NCBI GenBank assembly: GCA_002269645.1
Contig: NIVC01000576.1
Span: 169,089-233,088 of the forward strand
Direction of reading: 5' to 3'
DNA from: Macrostomum lignano
Lineage: Eukaryota
DNA: 64,000 nucleotides
Of the stretch, positions 9,940 to 22,748 are shown piece by piece (the stretch's first letter is position 1; each line of letters begins with the position of its first letter). Under the pieces are notes generated by a model. The model made no database searches and was not told the origin of the DNA. It worked only from the letters and a program-made list of their open reading frames with translations. The position numbers and the translations under genes were made by a program.

Positions 9940-11493
9940 ATGTTACTCCAATGTTTTAATCTTTACAACATTATAAACCAGTCCATCTACAACAAAAATG
10001 AACTCTTTATCGGTTTTGTTGACTATGAAAAAGCCTTCGATAGCTTAAATCAACCGACCCTTTGGCACAAAATGGATAACCAAGGTATTAAAGGTCAAAT
10101 GACAGAACTTATCAAGAACATGCATAAAAATGCCTGTTTCATTCTAAAGAAAGATGATGATGATGATGAAACCCAGCCAATCCCAATATCTAAAGGTGTT
10201 CTTCAAGGTAACCCTCTCTCTACCATCCTTTTTGAACTATATATTGACGACATTGTTGAATATCTTGAACTCTCTAGCGCTAGGCGCTCTCTTACGAGAT
10301 CTGCTTTCCCACTCATCCTGCTCTTTGCGGACGATCAAGCCATTCTAGCTAAAAACAAAGATGAACTTCAAGACACATTTACAACTATGGAAAATTACTG
10401 CAAGCAAAACTACTTGAAAGTTAATGCAAGCAAAACAAAGTTTATGCAGGGCAGTACCAGACAAAAAAATGACACAGAAAGTTTTGCTACAAAAATAATC
10501 TACGACAACCAAGAAATAGAGGAAGTAAATGAATTTAAATACCTGGGAATTATTTTTGAACCAAAAAACAGCTTTAAAAAATGTATTGAACATCAAACTA
10601 AGCAGGGTTATTCAGCTATGTTTTCCCTACTCCACAAGGTAAAAAATACGTCCCTGGACATCACACTCATTCGCAGACTATTCGACGCGCTTGTCACCCC
10701 CGTTATCACGTACGGCTGTGAGCTCTGGGGCCCTCTGGCTACCATTTCTGAAACAAAAGCTATTGATAACATTCAGCTGAAATTCTACAAATATCTCCTC
10801 AATCTACCAAAATTTGCTAGCAACAGTGTGATATCATCAGAACTTGAGCTTACTCCAATCTCCCAACGAATTGCTAAAACCTATCTTACCTACTGGCTGA
10901 AGATTAGACATCAAAAACTTTGCCAAACGACACTAGAAATTTTCTACTCAAACACCAGCCAAAAAAATCCATGGAAAACAAATATACTAAAGAAACTGGA
11001 AAGTATAGACTTAAAAGCACTAACTGAAGATAAACTTTCCCAAAGCTTTAATAACGAGAAATACCTAGTGAAAAAGCACCTCAAGATACACAGAGAAAGA
11101 GAACTTAGCCAAAAGCTAGAGAATCAGCAACATATTAAACTCTATAAAAACGCCTATCTCTACAAAAAAATCTGCAGGCCTGACCTTTCAGATTACTTTC
11201 CATGCACTTTTAGAAACAAAAAATTCCTAACAACCCTCCTAAAACTGAAATGCGAAATTACACCCAACATTTTCTCTCATGAACCATGTAGACTGTGTGG
11301 AGCGAGAAATGGTTCCGATATCCTACACTACTTGACCGAATGTCCACAAACCGAAAAGTTCAGAAAAAAATACTTCTGTCAGTACCTCCTAAATGACAAG
11401 CAAGTACACAAGTTAGGATATGCTACAAATGAAAAAAGAGTCAGAAAAGAGCTCACTGGTGTAGCTAAAATATATGAAGTCATGAATAGCTAA
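9940..11493 (+). CDS. Reverse transcriptase C-terminal portion (truncated LINE ORF)
   Basis: FVDYEKAFDSL, KGVLQGNPLS, LLFADD, FKYLG, YGCELWG and a C-terminal CRLC...HYLTEC zinc-binding motif. Confidence 0.85.
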   Translation: MLLQCFNLYNIINQSIYNKNELFIGFVDYEKAFDSLNQPTLWHKMDNQGIKGQMTELIKNMHKNACFILKKDDDDDETQPIPISKGVLQGNPLSTILFELYIDDIVEYLELSSARRSLTRSAFPLILLFADDQAILAKNKDELQDTFTTMENYCKQNYLKVNASKTKFMQGSTRQKNDTESFATKIIYDNQEIEEVNEFKYLGIIFEPKNSFKKCIEHQTKQGYSAMFSLLHKVKNTSLDITLIRRLFDALVTPVITYGCELWGPLATISETKAIDNIQLKFYKYLLNLPKFASNSVISSELELTPISQRIAKTYLTYWLKIRHQKLCQTTLEIFYSNTSQKNPWKTNILKKLESIDLKALTEDKLSQSFNNEKYLVKKHLKIHRERELSQKLENQQHIKLYKNAYLYKKICRPDLSDYFPCTFRNKKFLTTLLKLKCEITPNIFSHEPCRLCGARNGSDILHYLTECPQTEKFRKKYFCQYLLNDKQVHKLGYATNEKRVRKELTGVAKIYEVMNS

Positions 11494-11912
11494 AACAGTT
11501 ATGCAAACTGAAACAGACATATCAGCAGTGAAATAAATCCGCCTTTCCCATTTTTAATTTCCTACTAAATTAGCACTTAATTAGTATTTAATTAGTTTCC
11601 TATCTAATACCTATTTAAATCGTCGTCATTCGCTTAACGTAAAGTCCCTTCGAAGTTCGTTTTTGTTCATTTTTCTTTCGTTTTTACTTTTATTAACTGC
11701 AATACTTTTTTTTAACTCCTTGCTTTTTCTTTCGCTTCGTTAGTCGTCCAAGTATCGTTAATAACTTTTCCGCGTTCTTTCAAATACCATTTTGCAAAAC
11801 TCGTACTAATCATAATTAAATAACTAGTGCTAAAATATTGTCTCCTATTCCTGAAGCAATCTTAAATACATAGAAATATATTGGCCAAACAGGCTTCTTG
11901 CCTGAGCCAACT

Positions 11913-11945
<33 letters not shown>
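9940..11945 (+). mobile_element. 5'-truncated LINE (RTE-X/CR1-like) with 3' stem-loop and (CTA)n tail
   Basis: RT ORF begins mid-domain with no endonuclease; hairpin ttggc-caggc-ttctt-gcctg-gccaa at 11881-11910 is followed by a (cta)n tract. Confidence 0.8.
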
Positions 11946-14088
11946 ATTATATTAATTAGTTTTGGTATATCATCTTACACCTACCTCAGCTAAAAGTAGA
12001 TATCACCTATTGACAAAAGCGAGGCACAAAAAAGTACCAGTAGGTCTATATTCAACACTGTCATGTGAAGTTAGTTTTGTCTGTTTGACACCTTGACCTA
12101 GTCTAGGACTTGATTTTGTACTTTTCGTCTTGTTTAGATCTTGAATTTAGTCTAGAGTCTAGATTACATTTTAGATGGATTTTGATCGCTTCTGTAACTA
12201 CGACTAGATGCAGCAAAGTTGTTTCTTATAGAAAATCTTCAAGATCCGCCTTCAATAGAGTGGTGTTTTGAAAATTTGTCTGCTTAGGCCTATCTTTTTT
12301 AGATGTGGCTAGGGGGGCTGACCCAATAAGACGTGGCTTAAAATTGTACCATGTAGTCGTAGAGTCCTAACGAGTCTAGCATATTACTTATTTGAGTTAA
12401 GCTTGAGATGAGTAGGCCCAGTAGTAGTAGTAACAAAAATAGCGATCTTTTACTGTTGCACATTTTAAAATTTTACTTATTTTCTTAGAAATCTAATTAA
12501 AATGGGCGCAGAATGGTATGGCTTGAAAGATTTGTCTCTAGCACAGTCTGACTATCAATCTGGTGGGTAAACCCAGACTAGTCAGTAGGGGTTAAACCAG
12601 ATCTCAATCTTGATCTCAATTGTTAAGACAAGATCTTGGCACTTTTCTCAATCTTGATCTTGGTTTTGAGATCTCAAAATCTAGGACTATGTGATGTGAC
12701 TAATGTTGACTATGATGAGATGATATTAATATTAATATTATTTCATCATATTATTTATATTTGATATATGTCAAGTTACTAACAAGCTTAATATTATGTA
12801 TTAATTGTTTTTTCCTCTATTAGGCCTATTATCATTATGCATATTTAATAAATAAATAATAATATCTATTATTAGTAGGGCCTACTAAGCTAAATAAGAT
12901 AGAATAATGTAAGAAGGCTTATTAGATGGCTAGATCCCAATTAAACTTAACTTGAATATTAATTGAATCTCTATTATTTTAAAAGTATAGATCTTAAGAC
13001 TAAAAAATCTTATAAATATAGGCCTATGAGATATTGTCTAATCTCTATTAGGCCTAGGCCTAGGTAATATAATAGGACAGATGTAATAGACTTACTTATT
13101 TATCATTAAACCAAATAGAAACTAATTAAAAATAAATTGCACTATTAAATCAATACAAAGTTATATTAAACAAAAGTTTCTAGTAAATTTTCTTTGTTAA
13201 CATACATGTTCAACCTATTTTATGGCATGAGCCTATGAGTAAAACTGCCATATACTAAGACTGCCACAGCTATTATTGGCTTTTGGTATAGTATTGAGAT
13301 AGAATTACCAATTTTCTAGCATTGCAATTCCTTTCATAAGTTTCTTTCTTGTAGTCTTGTCTTATTGGCTCTCTTATCTATTTGTCTCCTTTTAATTCTA
13401 GCACTATCTAATAAAACATTAAGCCAAATTTCTCTACTAGATCCTCTAAGTATAGCAGTCTTGGTATGTGGTGGTCTTGGTCCAATACCAATTTCACCTG
13501 TCTGGTGCAACTTAGTTTTGTCTAGATTTGCAACTTAGTTCCTCTCAATTGCAATTTAGTTCGCCCCAATTGTGACTTAATTTTCATTTTGTATATGAAT
13601 TTTCTTGCCTTTTTCTTTTTTCTTCTTTTTCTCTTTCTCTCTCTTCTTTCTCCTCAATCCTCACTCTCTTTTCCTTCCTTTCTTTTCCTTTTCTCTTCCT
13701 CTCCTTTCTTCAACTTTTTGTGTTTTTGATTTTGTGACTTACCTTGGCCAGCAGCCATTTCACCTGTCTAGTTTAGACAAGACAGATGAGTGTTGGGCAT
13801 GTATGTTTGTTAATTAAAAATAGAACTATATTGTTTTTTTTCAAAAATCATCATATCTGTATTATAGATATAGACCAAAATATTAGTTGGATAACCTATG
13901 ATAGGCTTAGTTTATTTAAAAATTCCAACTAAGCCTTTTCTACTATAAATTAATAGGTCTAGTCCATTTTGTTTTAGTAATAGCCATTCCAATAATAGCT
14001 ATTGTGGTAATATTAGCTACTTCAGTAATAGATAGGGCCTACTAGTAACAAATAAGAATAATTGCATATAATGATTAATATGCTTATA

Positions 14089-14342
14089 CATACATGCGAA
14101 ACCCCCCTTATTTATACTAGCCATGCGACCAAAAATGCAACTTACCTGTAAAAGAAACCCTAACACAATTTTAGGTAAATGACAGGAGTAACTATAACTG
14201 TCTTATAAAGGCTAAATGCCTCGTCATCTAATTAGTACTACGTGTGTATTCTTTAGGCTGGGCATTTTTGCAACTTTCCCCTGGTCCACCACAATTTACG
14301 GTGGCCATATTGGCCAGGTCAGCCAGCAGTTGCGCATGTATA
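14089..14342. mobile_element. hAT-like MITE, copy 1
   Basis: Imperfect 14-bp TIR (catacatgcgaaac / gttgcgcatgtata); 8-bp direct repeat tgcttata at 14081-14088 and 14343-14350. Confidence 0.75.
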
Positions 14343-15815
14343 TGCTTATAGAATTATATTCTAAAAAAGCAAATAAACTTTTAAAAAAGAGAAAAAAATT
14401 AAGATAAGCCTATACTCTTATATATTGAAAGATTTAGATTGATGTAAAAACTATATTATATTATAAGATATTGAAATTATTCAAGTGTTTTAATCAATCT
14501 ATTTTACTTTCTAACTATATATTGCTCTGATGATGTTCGCGCAGGTGCCATTCGGGCCAAATTGCATATTTTTTAATTCCAAATATTATCTATAATGACC
14601 AAAAATCGTATATACTAGAATCTCTAAGTTAGTGACTTGAAATTATAATATAATCTAATTAATTTTTCATTAGTTATTTCAATATTTAATGAAAATGCAC
14701 CTAGTGTGTTTATTCTTTTACAAAGTCAAAGTGAAAGTTTAAACAAATTATAATATATTTTAATTAGAAAATGAAACTATTTTTGGCAATAAAGTATTTG
14801 ATATATCAATTATTAAATTAATAGTTTCTAAAATCAATTTCCTAAAAGATTTAGTATTAATAGTTATGAATCTAGTTTGTTATCACAATCATAGCTATTA
14901 TCAGTGTCCTAATAAAGTAGATTATATTCTTTTCCACTGGGTTGACTAAGATCCCCATTGGAGCAAATAGGGTTTTTTTGCAAATAGCATCTGGCATGCT
15001 TGTGAAAAATTGCCTGCATGACTACGCAGAAAGAAATTTCTATTTGCGCATAAAGTGCATAGCATATGCGCAGCATGCGCTATGCACCTTGTGCATATAA
15101 TGTCAGCATAAATATGTAGATATATAACAACAATGGGCCCTTGTGCCCTTGCATTAGCATCTTTGCCATATTGAAAAAAGTATAGTATATACCAGAAAAT
15201 TCCGACATACATCTGGAGTACAAGTGCTTTATCTAGCATTTATTTGGCATAAAAAGAGGAAATACAACCTTCAAGCACAATCATTAGCTTATAATTCTTA
15301 ACTATACTTGTTCAAGCTTTTGATGCAGTGTACAAAAGCATTTAATTATATGACATCATTGCGTAAATTATGCCAAACAATCTTTGCTATAAAGAGTTAA
15401 TTTGCAAAGTCATGACAATAAATTAGATTTTCAAACAATATACTAAAACTTTCTATAGTTTTTAGTAAGAAATATATCTTAATCAATAATAAAATGTAAC
15501 TATTCTGTTTTATTAATTCTTTTCATTTTTTTCAAATGATATATGTTCTCAATTTTATTTTTTCTTATGGTTAATTATTTGCTATGCCTAAGCTTGATTG
15601 TTTGATTGTTTTTTGCTTGTTAATCACACATTTTTAATTGGCATACAATTTACTAGAATGCTTAATTGGCATATATATAACACAATCTGCAATATGGGCA
15701 TCTTGTGTGCTTTATAAATTTACATTTTCTAATATATTTGTACAATTTGCCACCTCCTGATTGGAGTGATTGTCCATTTGTGCTTTTTTTCTTGAAACCA
15801 ATTGTGCGCCTGCGC

Positions 15816-16086
15816 CATACATGCGCAACCTCCAAAATTCGGTTGGCCGTGCAACTTAGTTGTAACAAAAATGCAACATAGTTTTTGGCCAAAAATGCAA
15901 CTTACTTGTAAAAAAACCCAAAAGCAAAATTAATGCAACTTTGGGTAAATGGCAGGAGTAACTATGACTGTCTTATAAAGCCAAAATGCCTCATCAGCTA
16001 CTTAGTACTACTACTTGGTGTTTCTTCAGGTGGGCATTTTTGCGACTTCTTGGTTGGCTGGATTGGCTGACTGTTGCGCATATATG
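15816..16086. mobile_element. hAT-like MITE, copy 2
   Basis: TIR catacatgcgcaac / gttgcgcatatatg; flanks gcctgcgc and gcccgcgc (7/8 match); interior homologous to copy 1. Confidence 0.75.
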
Positions 16087-16388
16087 GCCCGCGCGCCTAG
16101 CTGGAGTGTCCGCAGCTTTTTTAAATTTGCTCCAATAGGGACTAGGATACAAAGCTAATTCAGTTATTTCATAACATTGTTTATTGTTTTGTATATTGGC
16201 TTATCCCCCTCCTGTTTTTAGGGAATAAGTAAGAATGGCCCATTACTATAAAAATAGACAAACTTTATATGCTTACCATTTTTTATCTTAATTAAATTAG
16301 AGTAAGATTTTTTAATTAGATAGAGAATAAGTTAATAAAGAATTGTATCAAATTTAAGGCTAATTGTTTTATATGGAACAAACTTACA

Positions 16389-16665
16389 GATACATGAGCA
16401 CTCCCTCTGAGTTATATGCTAGCTATGCAACTTACCTTTTGACCAAAAATGCAAATTACCTATGAAAGATACCTAAGAAAAAATTATGCTAATTTGAGTA
16501 AATGACAAGAGTAACTAACTGTATTATTAAGGCTAAATGCCTGCCTTATCATCTAATTAGTATTATGACTATTATTTTTGAATGGGCATTTATGCAACTT
16601 ACCTTGGCTAGGCTCTTTGCCAGCCGGCTAGATTAGCTAGCTTAGTGGGGTGTTGTGCATGCATG
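16389..16665. mobile_element. hAT-like MITE, degenerate copy 3
   Basis: Shares the interior (gaccaaaaatgcaa...ggctaaatgcct...gggcatt); ends gatacatgagca and gttgtgcatgcatg; no TSD seen. Confidence 0.6.
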
Positions 16666-16680
16666 TTATGGTAGCCAGAA

Positions 16681-17720
16681 GTTAGTCAATTTTAAAACCC
16701 TAGTGTATATATCTGGCCAGATAAGGGAAAAAGAGGTAGATGGAGATTACAGTGGTTGTCTCAATGGCAAAAATACACTAAATTTAAAAGTTTACAGTGT
16801 CTTTCAAGATACTCTTTAAGATGCACATTTTTATACAATTATGTCCAAGTTAAAGATATAAGGAATGCAATGCCACTTAGTATTAAGTATTGACTGTTAT
16901 AATTTGCCATGTCTTCAAGTATATTTGCAACCTTAAAAGCCATGTCCCCAAGTCTTTGTGTGCTGACATCATTTACAAGTTCATATGATTGATGATTACA
17001 ATGTTGTGAAAATTAAAAATAGAGTATCAGGATAATGCTTGTTAAGATGGTTGTTTCAGCAGTGCAGATCCTATAGTGGGAGCTCAAGTTGCTTGGAAAG
17101 CCAGTTTGTGGCACAGAATACTCTATCTCTCAATCAGATAGTAGGACAGAGGGGTTTTACTATAATGCTGTTGTAGCATAAGTTTAATTTTACATTGGAA
17201 CTTTTACACTGTGGAGATAGGAGCTAAGAACAATCTTATTTTATGGTGGCTTTATAGAATGGGCCAAGTGTTTGGAATTTCCCACTAAACTGTCATTGCT
17301 TAAAATAGTCTCTTGCAAAGAAGGCTATATAACTAAAGTTATTCCACAACACAGCACATCTATGTTCACTGAGTCCTATCGCCCGACCCCTTCCTCTGGG
17401 GGAAATGAATGAGCGGCAAAAACATCTAGGCAAAAAACAGAGTTACAGAGCTGATACTTTACATTTAGAGACATGACAGTGAATGAGTCAATGAAGAATT
17501 TTGTCAAGTTTGAAGTCAATCATTTATGTGAAGCAAACTTATAGCAGCGCCAAAGTTTAGTCAATTTTAAAACCCCTTTTCCATATCTCGCCAAATAAGG
17601 CAAGGAGAGAGAGGCGGAGGTTGAGGTGGTTGCTACGCTGACAAAATCAGACTTTAAAAGTACACAGTGCCGTTCAGAATTAACTTTAAGCCTCGAAATT
17701 TTAAACGATTGTCTTAAAAT
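16681..17720 (+). repeat. Two diverged direct copies of a ~170-bp element (16681-16850 and 17555-17720)
   Basis: Both begin gtt(t)agtcaattttaaaaccc and stay colinear for about 170 bp. Confidence 0.7.
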
Positions 17721-18065
17721 AGTTGAAGATTGTTTGCGTCAAATTGGAAGACGATTAGTAGCTTAAGCTCAGTAGCTTAAATGAGTTCTTTTCTACTAAC
17801 AATTTTTCTGGTTTCTACTAACAATCGTTTAAACTATTTCTACTTTCTCTTCAATTACTTTATAAAAGGATAGGGTGGAAGGGTTGGATTTTGTCATACT
17901 CTTGTCTAGTCTGTCTTTCCTTCATGTCTTTCCTTCACCTCATTGTGGTTGTGTTAATATCATCATTTACTGTTAAGCCCGCATCCAGTGAATAATGTTA
18001 GCAATTACTACCCCAAGAATAGTCCGTCTTGCCAGTTTCAGTTTGTTTTCTGTAAGTAGGGACTG

Positions 18066-18237
18066 CATACATGCGCAACCTTGGGAATCACCCGGCCGTT
18101 TCTAATGGCAACACGCACATGTAAGTCGCTATTGGCTGAGAGCAGTCACGTGACTACTATTCCGTCCAATAGCAACTTACATGTGTGTGTTGCCAATAGA
18201 AACGGCCGGGTGAATCCATAGGTTGCGCCCAAGCATG
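18066..18237. mobile_element. Palindromic (foldback) element starting with the same TIR
   Basis: Begins catacatgcgcaacc; arms of about 60 bp (18073-18135 and 18166-18228) are near-perfect inverted repeats. Confidence 0.75.
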
Positions 18238-18927
18238 GTAGGGAGTTTTCTAAAAGCTTCCACTGAAGAATCCCAGTCGTTTCTTTGTTTTGTTCAGAAT
18301 CCAGATGTCTCTTGCTGGGGCTTTGTATAACTTTAAAAGCTATCCCTGTCCTTTCCTATTCCTCCTGTTTTGGCATTGACAGTGAAAAATAGGAAAGAGG
18401 ATTTTAGTATTTTTTCCTGTCTGTACTCTTCCCCTATTGCTAGTCCTGAGAAGATCTGGCTAGAAAGTGAGGTAGGTGGTCTACGGTTTGCAAAAAATCA
18501 ATTGGAGCCGGGACACAGGTGATAGGCAGGCAAGAGATTGAGCCAGAGGATACAGAGAAATTGGGCAGGATATGTGGGTTTGAGCCGGGGAAGGAGGGGA
18601 GAGCAGACCTGGGGAAGGTGAGAAGGGGAGGGAGGCTTCATCGCGTGTGCTCACCGAGTAGACAGGCTCGCTGGCAGAAGCAGTGTCAGACTCACCTTGG
18701 ATGCAGAGGGACGAGAAATTTTAGCTTTGAAAAAAACCGGACGGACGCCTATGGGATGGTAGATGGCTTGTCTCTTCCCTCTTCTTCCCTTAGTGTGACT
18801 GTCTGCCCCCCCCCCTCTTTACTTCTCTCCTCTCCATCATGATCTGGCCCCGTGCCTCCATTATTTCAACCTGGGCTACCTGTCGCAGCCAGGGTGCTCT
18901 GTGGTCTCAATACAATATTCCCGCGGC

Positions 18928-19254
18928 ATGCCCAGCTGTTGCGTAGTCAACTGTAAACGCAGGGGCGGCGGTGCCGGTATGCCGAAAATGTTTCGCATAC
19001 CGGTTGGACCGCCGGCCAGGCGACAGAAATGGATAGTGGCGCTGCGCCGCGGCGAGCCGTGGCAGCCCAATCCGAATTCGCGGGTGTGCGATTGTCACTT
19101 TTTAACCGGGGCCCCGGTTAACGATCCGAATCACGTGGACTATGCGCCTTGGCTGTTCTCCTGGACTAGTCCGGATAAAATCGGCAATGGGCATCTGCGT
19201 CTAAAAGAGTACAATGATTTGGTTAGCGAGATTGGTAAATCGAAATCATTGTAA
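18928..19254 (+). CDS. THAP-domain (C2CH zinc finger) protein or exon
   Basis: MPSCCVVNC...FRIP...RRQKW...RVCDCHF...YAPWLF has the THAP signature and an AVPTIF-like box. Possible phase-1 donor after 19234. Confidence 0.88.
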   Translation: MPSCCVVNCKRRGGGAGMPKMFRIPVGPPARRQKWIVALRRGEPWQPNPNSRVCDCHFLTGAPVNDPNHVDYAPWLFSWTSPDKIGNGHLRLKEYNDLVSEIGKSKSL

Positions 19255-19362
19255 ATTGTTAAGTTCTTAAAGTAAGCTGAAAACAACAGCCTTGACAGGT
19301 CTTAACAGCAAAATTAATATAAATCAATTTCATTCTTGAGTTTTGGCGACAGTGTCGCCACA

Positions 19363-20160
<798 letters not shown>

Positions 20161-20376
20161 ACGAGTAGATAGATAGGTTGATTGACAGATTAATATATAG
20201 ATCTAATAGTATATAGATTATAGAGTAGGTAAAAGGTGGATAAATTTATACAACAGATAAGATATAAAAACTAATAGGCTATGAGTATATAGTAGGATAA
20301 ATACGCAGATATTTGGATGGATAAAAATGCAAAGCGCACGCAGCGACGAACATCACAATCTTGTTCATGACGCTAG

Positions 20377-20781
20377 TATTTGTTTTGTCAGCCTAACTGA
20401 GAATAAAGCCATCCAAAGTGAGAATCCTGCCTACGCTGACTGCGAAGGGCCTGGCTGCGCGCAGCCTTAGTCTATGGGCCATAGACTATAAAGGACAAGC
20501 AAAGTGATAAAAAGCCATCCAATGTGAGAATCCTGCCTACGCTGAATACGAAGGGCCTAGCTGCGTCCAGCCTAGTCTATGAGCCATAGACTATAAAGGA
20601 CAAGCAAAGTTTTAAAAGACCAATCGATTCTCACATTGGATGGCTTTTTATCACTTTGCTTGTCCTTTATTGTCTATGGCCCATAGACTAAGGCTGCACG
20701 CAGCCGGGCCCTTCGCAGTCAGCGTGGGCAGGATTCTCACTTTGGATGGCTTTGTTCTCAGTTAGGCTGACAAAACCAATA
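20377..20781. mobile_element. Foldback/MITE-like element with ~155-bp inverted arms
   Basis: 20377-20532 is the reverse complement of 20626-20781; the spacer is a second copy of a 106-bp internal subunit. Confidence 0.8.
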
Positions 20782-20970
20782 GTTTAAGTAAGCAATGAAA
20801 GGCCCTATTCAGGTTCTTAGACTGTCAAAAGTTTGCTTATTAAAATTCATTTATTTTGTATTGCTAGCAGTTCTATGTACTATATGCACAGAGTCTAATT
20901 GTCTATGGCCAGAATTTAATTATTTCCCTGTAATTAGCGCCCGTGTTATCTGACTAATTCAACATTTCAG

Positions 20971-22748
20971 TGTCGCCAATCAAGAAGTGTTCAACAGAAT
21001 CAGCATTAGTAGCAACAGCTAAAACTATTAAGGCAATGCAGCCCGCTGCTCAGCAACAACGGAAACGGCTACTGCCCGAGACCTCCGATGTGCTGTTGAA
21101 ACGTTCGAAAGCGGCTGCTGCTGCTGCTGCTGCTGCTTCGTCTAACTCTACTGAGTCTTCTTCTCAAGGCGGCTTGGCGCCCATGGATCTTAGCCGAAAG
21201 AAAGCGCCCGCCCTGACAAGTTCTGGTGGAACTGGCAGCCTTGCTGCTTCTGCCCCCGCTGCTGCTAGCGCTGCAACTGCTGGCAGCGATGAGATCATTG
21301 TGCTGCCAGACGATGAAGAGCAGGAAATCCAGAAGCTAGTTGCTAAGCAGGCTGAGCTAGCCGAATCTGACATTGATTCAGACGCCGCCATGGCCCTGGT
21401 GAAGGAGCAGGCCGTGGTGCTGCGTAAACTACGCGAAAGTCTGCGTAGCGAAGAGTGCAAACTGGCCCTATTGAAGGCTATGCGCCATTCTCAGCAGAGA
21501 TCCGCCTCGGCGCCCGGCTCCAGTCTCCATCATCAGCAACAGAAGGAGAATGGCGCCGTCGCTGGAGCCACTCAATCTGGTGCCAGTCGGTCGGGCGCCT
21601 CAGCTGCAGCTCAAGGCCGTTCCGCTGGCGCAGCGGCTGTCGGCAGCCAGAAGCTGTCGCATCATCAGTCGCCATCTTCGGCAATTGGCCGGTCGCAGTC
21701 GGCCGCCGCGCTGCCAATGAAAACGTCGGCCAGCGTCAGCAGCGGCCAGGCTTCCACTACGAAAGCTACGCCGCCGCCGCCGCCACAGATTAGCCAGGCT
21801 CAGCTAGACGCCCAGAAGGCTCAGAAGAAGCTGGCGTTGCGCAAACAGTTGGAGAAATCCCTGCTGGAGATTCCCAATCCCCAGCCGCCGCCGTCTGAGT
21901 TGAACTTCATCCCGAGCACGGTTACTAACGAGTTCATTGCTTTAGTAGGCCTAGAGGAAGTTGTCCGCAATATCAGCGAATACGATGCCGTACTGAAGGG
22001 CGGCAAGCCAACAGAAGTCAAGTACGTATTCCACCCGTTCACCTGTGTGCAGTGCGGCACAGACTATACACCTGTGTGGAAGCGGGACAAGCCCGGCTCT
22101 AAGAATGTCATCTGCGAACAGTGCGTGTCCGTCAATCAGAAGAACGCCATTCGCAAGGATCACACGGCCAGGCTCAAGACCGCTTTTGTTAAAGCGCTCA
22201 AACAGGAGGAAGAAATTGAAAAAGAATTCAAACGCTATTCGGCTAATCCGCAGCTGGCTGCTCAAGCTTTTCCGCATCTGCTTCCGCCGCCGCCTCAGCC
22301 TCAGGCTCAGCAGCATCAGCAGCAGCATCATCACCAGCAGCAGCATCATTCTCTGCATGGCATGTCTTCGCTAAGCTCTGCGCACAGGTCATCCAGTTCG
22401 TTGCACAGCCTCTCCGGCTCCAGTGCCAGCCGCCTTGCTGCCACCACTCAGCAGCAGCAACAGCAGCAGGCCGCCGCTGCCGCCGCCGCTTCTCAGGCTG
22501 CCGCCACCGCAGCCGCTGTTGAACAGATTCAACGCCAGCAGTTCCTGCACGCCCAGCTGCAGGCCATATCCCAGCTATACCCGGCTGCCGGAGGCGCCAG
22601 CGCCAGCTCTTATCCCTACACTATGCCGGCTAACTATTTGACTATGCTGCAGCAGGCTATGCGACAAAATATGGGATTTAATCCCACCAGCCTCTGGTCG
22701 GCTATGAGCGCCGCCTCCCAGCCGCAGCAGCCGCCTGGTAAAAAGTAA
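20971..22748 (+). CDS. GATAD2: GATAD2/p66 (NuRD subunit, simjang-like), large terminal exon
   Basis: CR1 coiled coil LRKLRESLRSEECKLALLKAMRHSQ; CR2 KLALRKQLEKSLLEIP..PPP.ELNFIPS...FIALVGLEEVV; GATA-type finger CVQCGTDYTPVWK...CEQC; PMDLS and IIVL motifs. Branch point ctgactaat and acceptor tttcag at 20970 (phase 1), so the start codon is in an upstream exon. Confidence 0.93.

Noticed and set aside
2900-14560. Hammerhead ribozyme cores at CTGATGA motifs (2925 minus, 14527 plus)
   Set aside because: No stem II followed by GAAA could be found.
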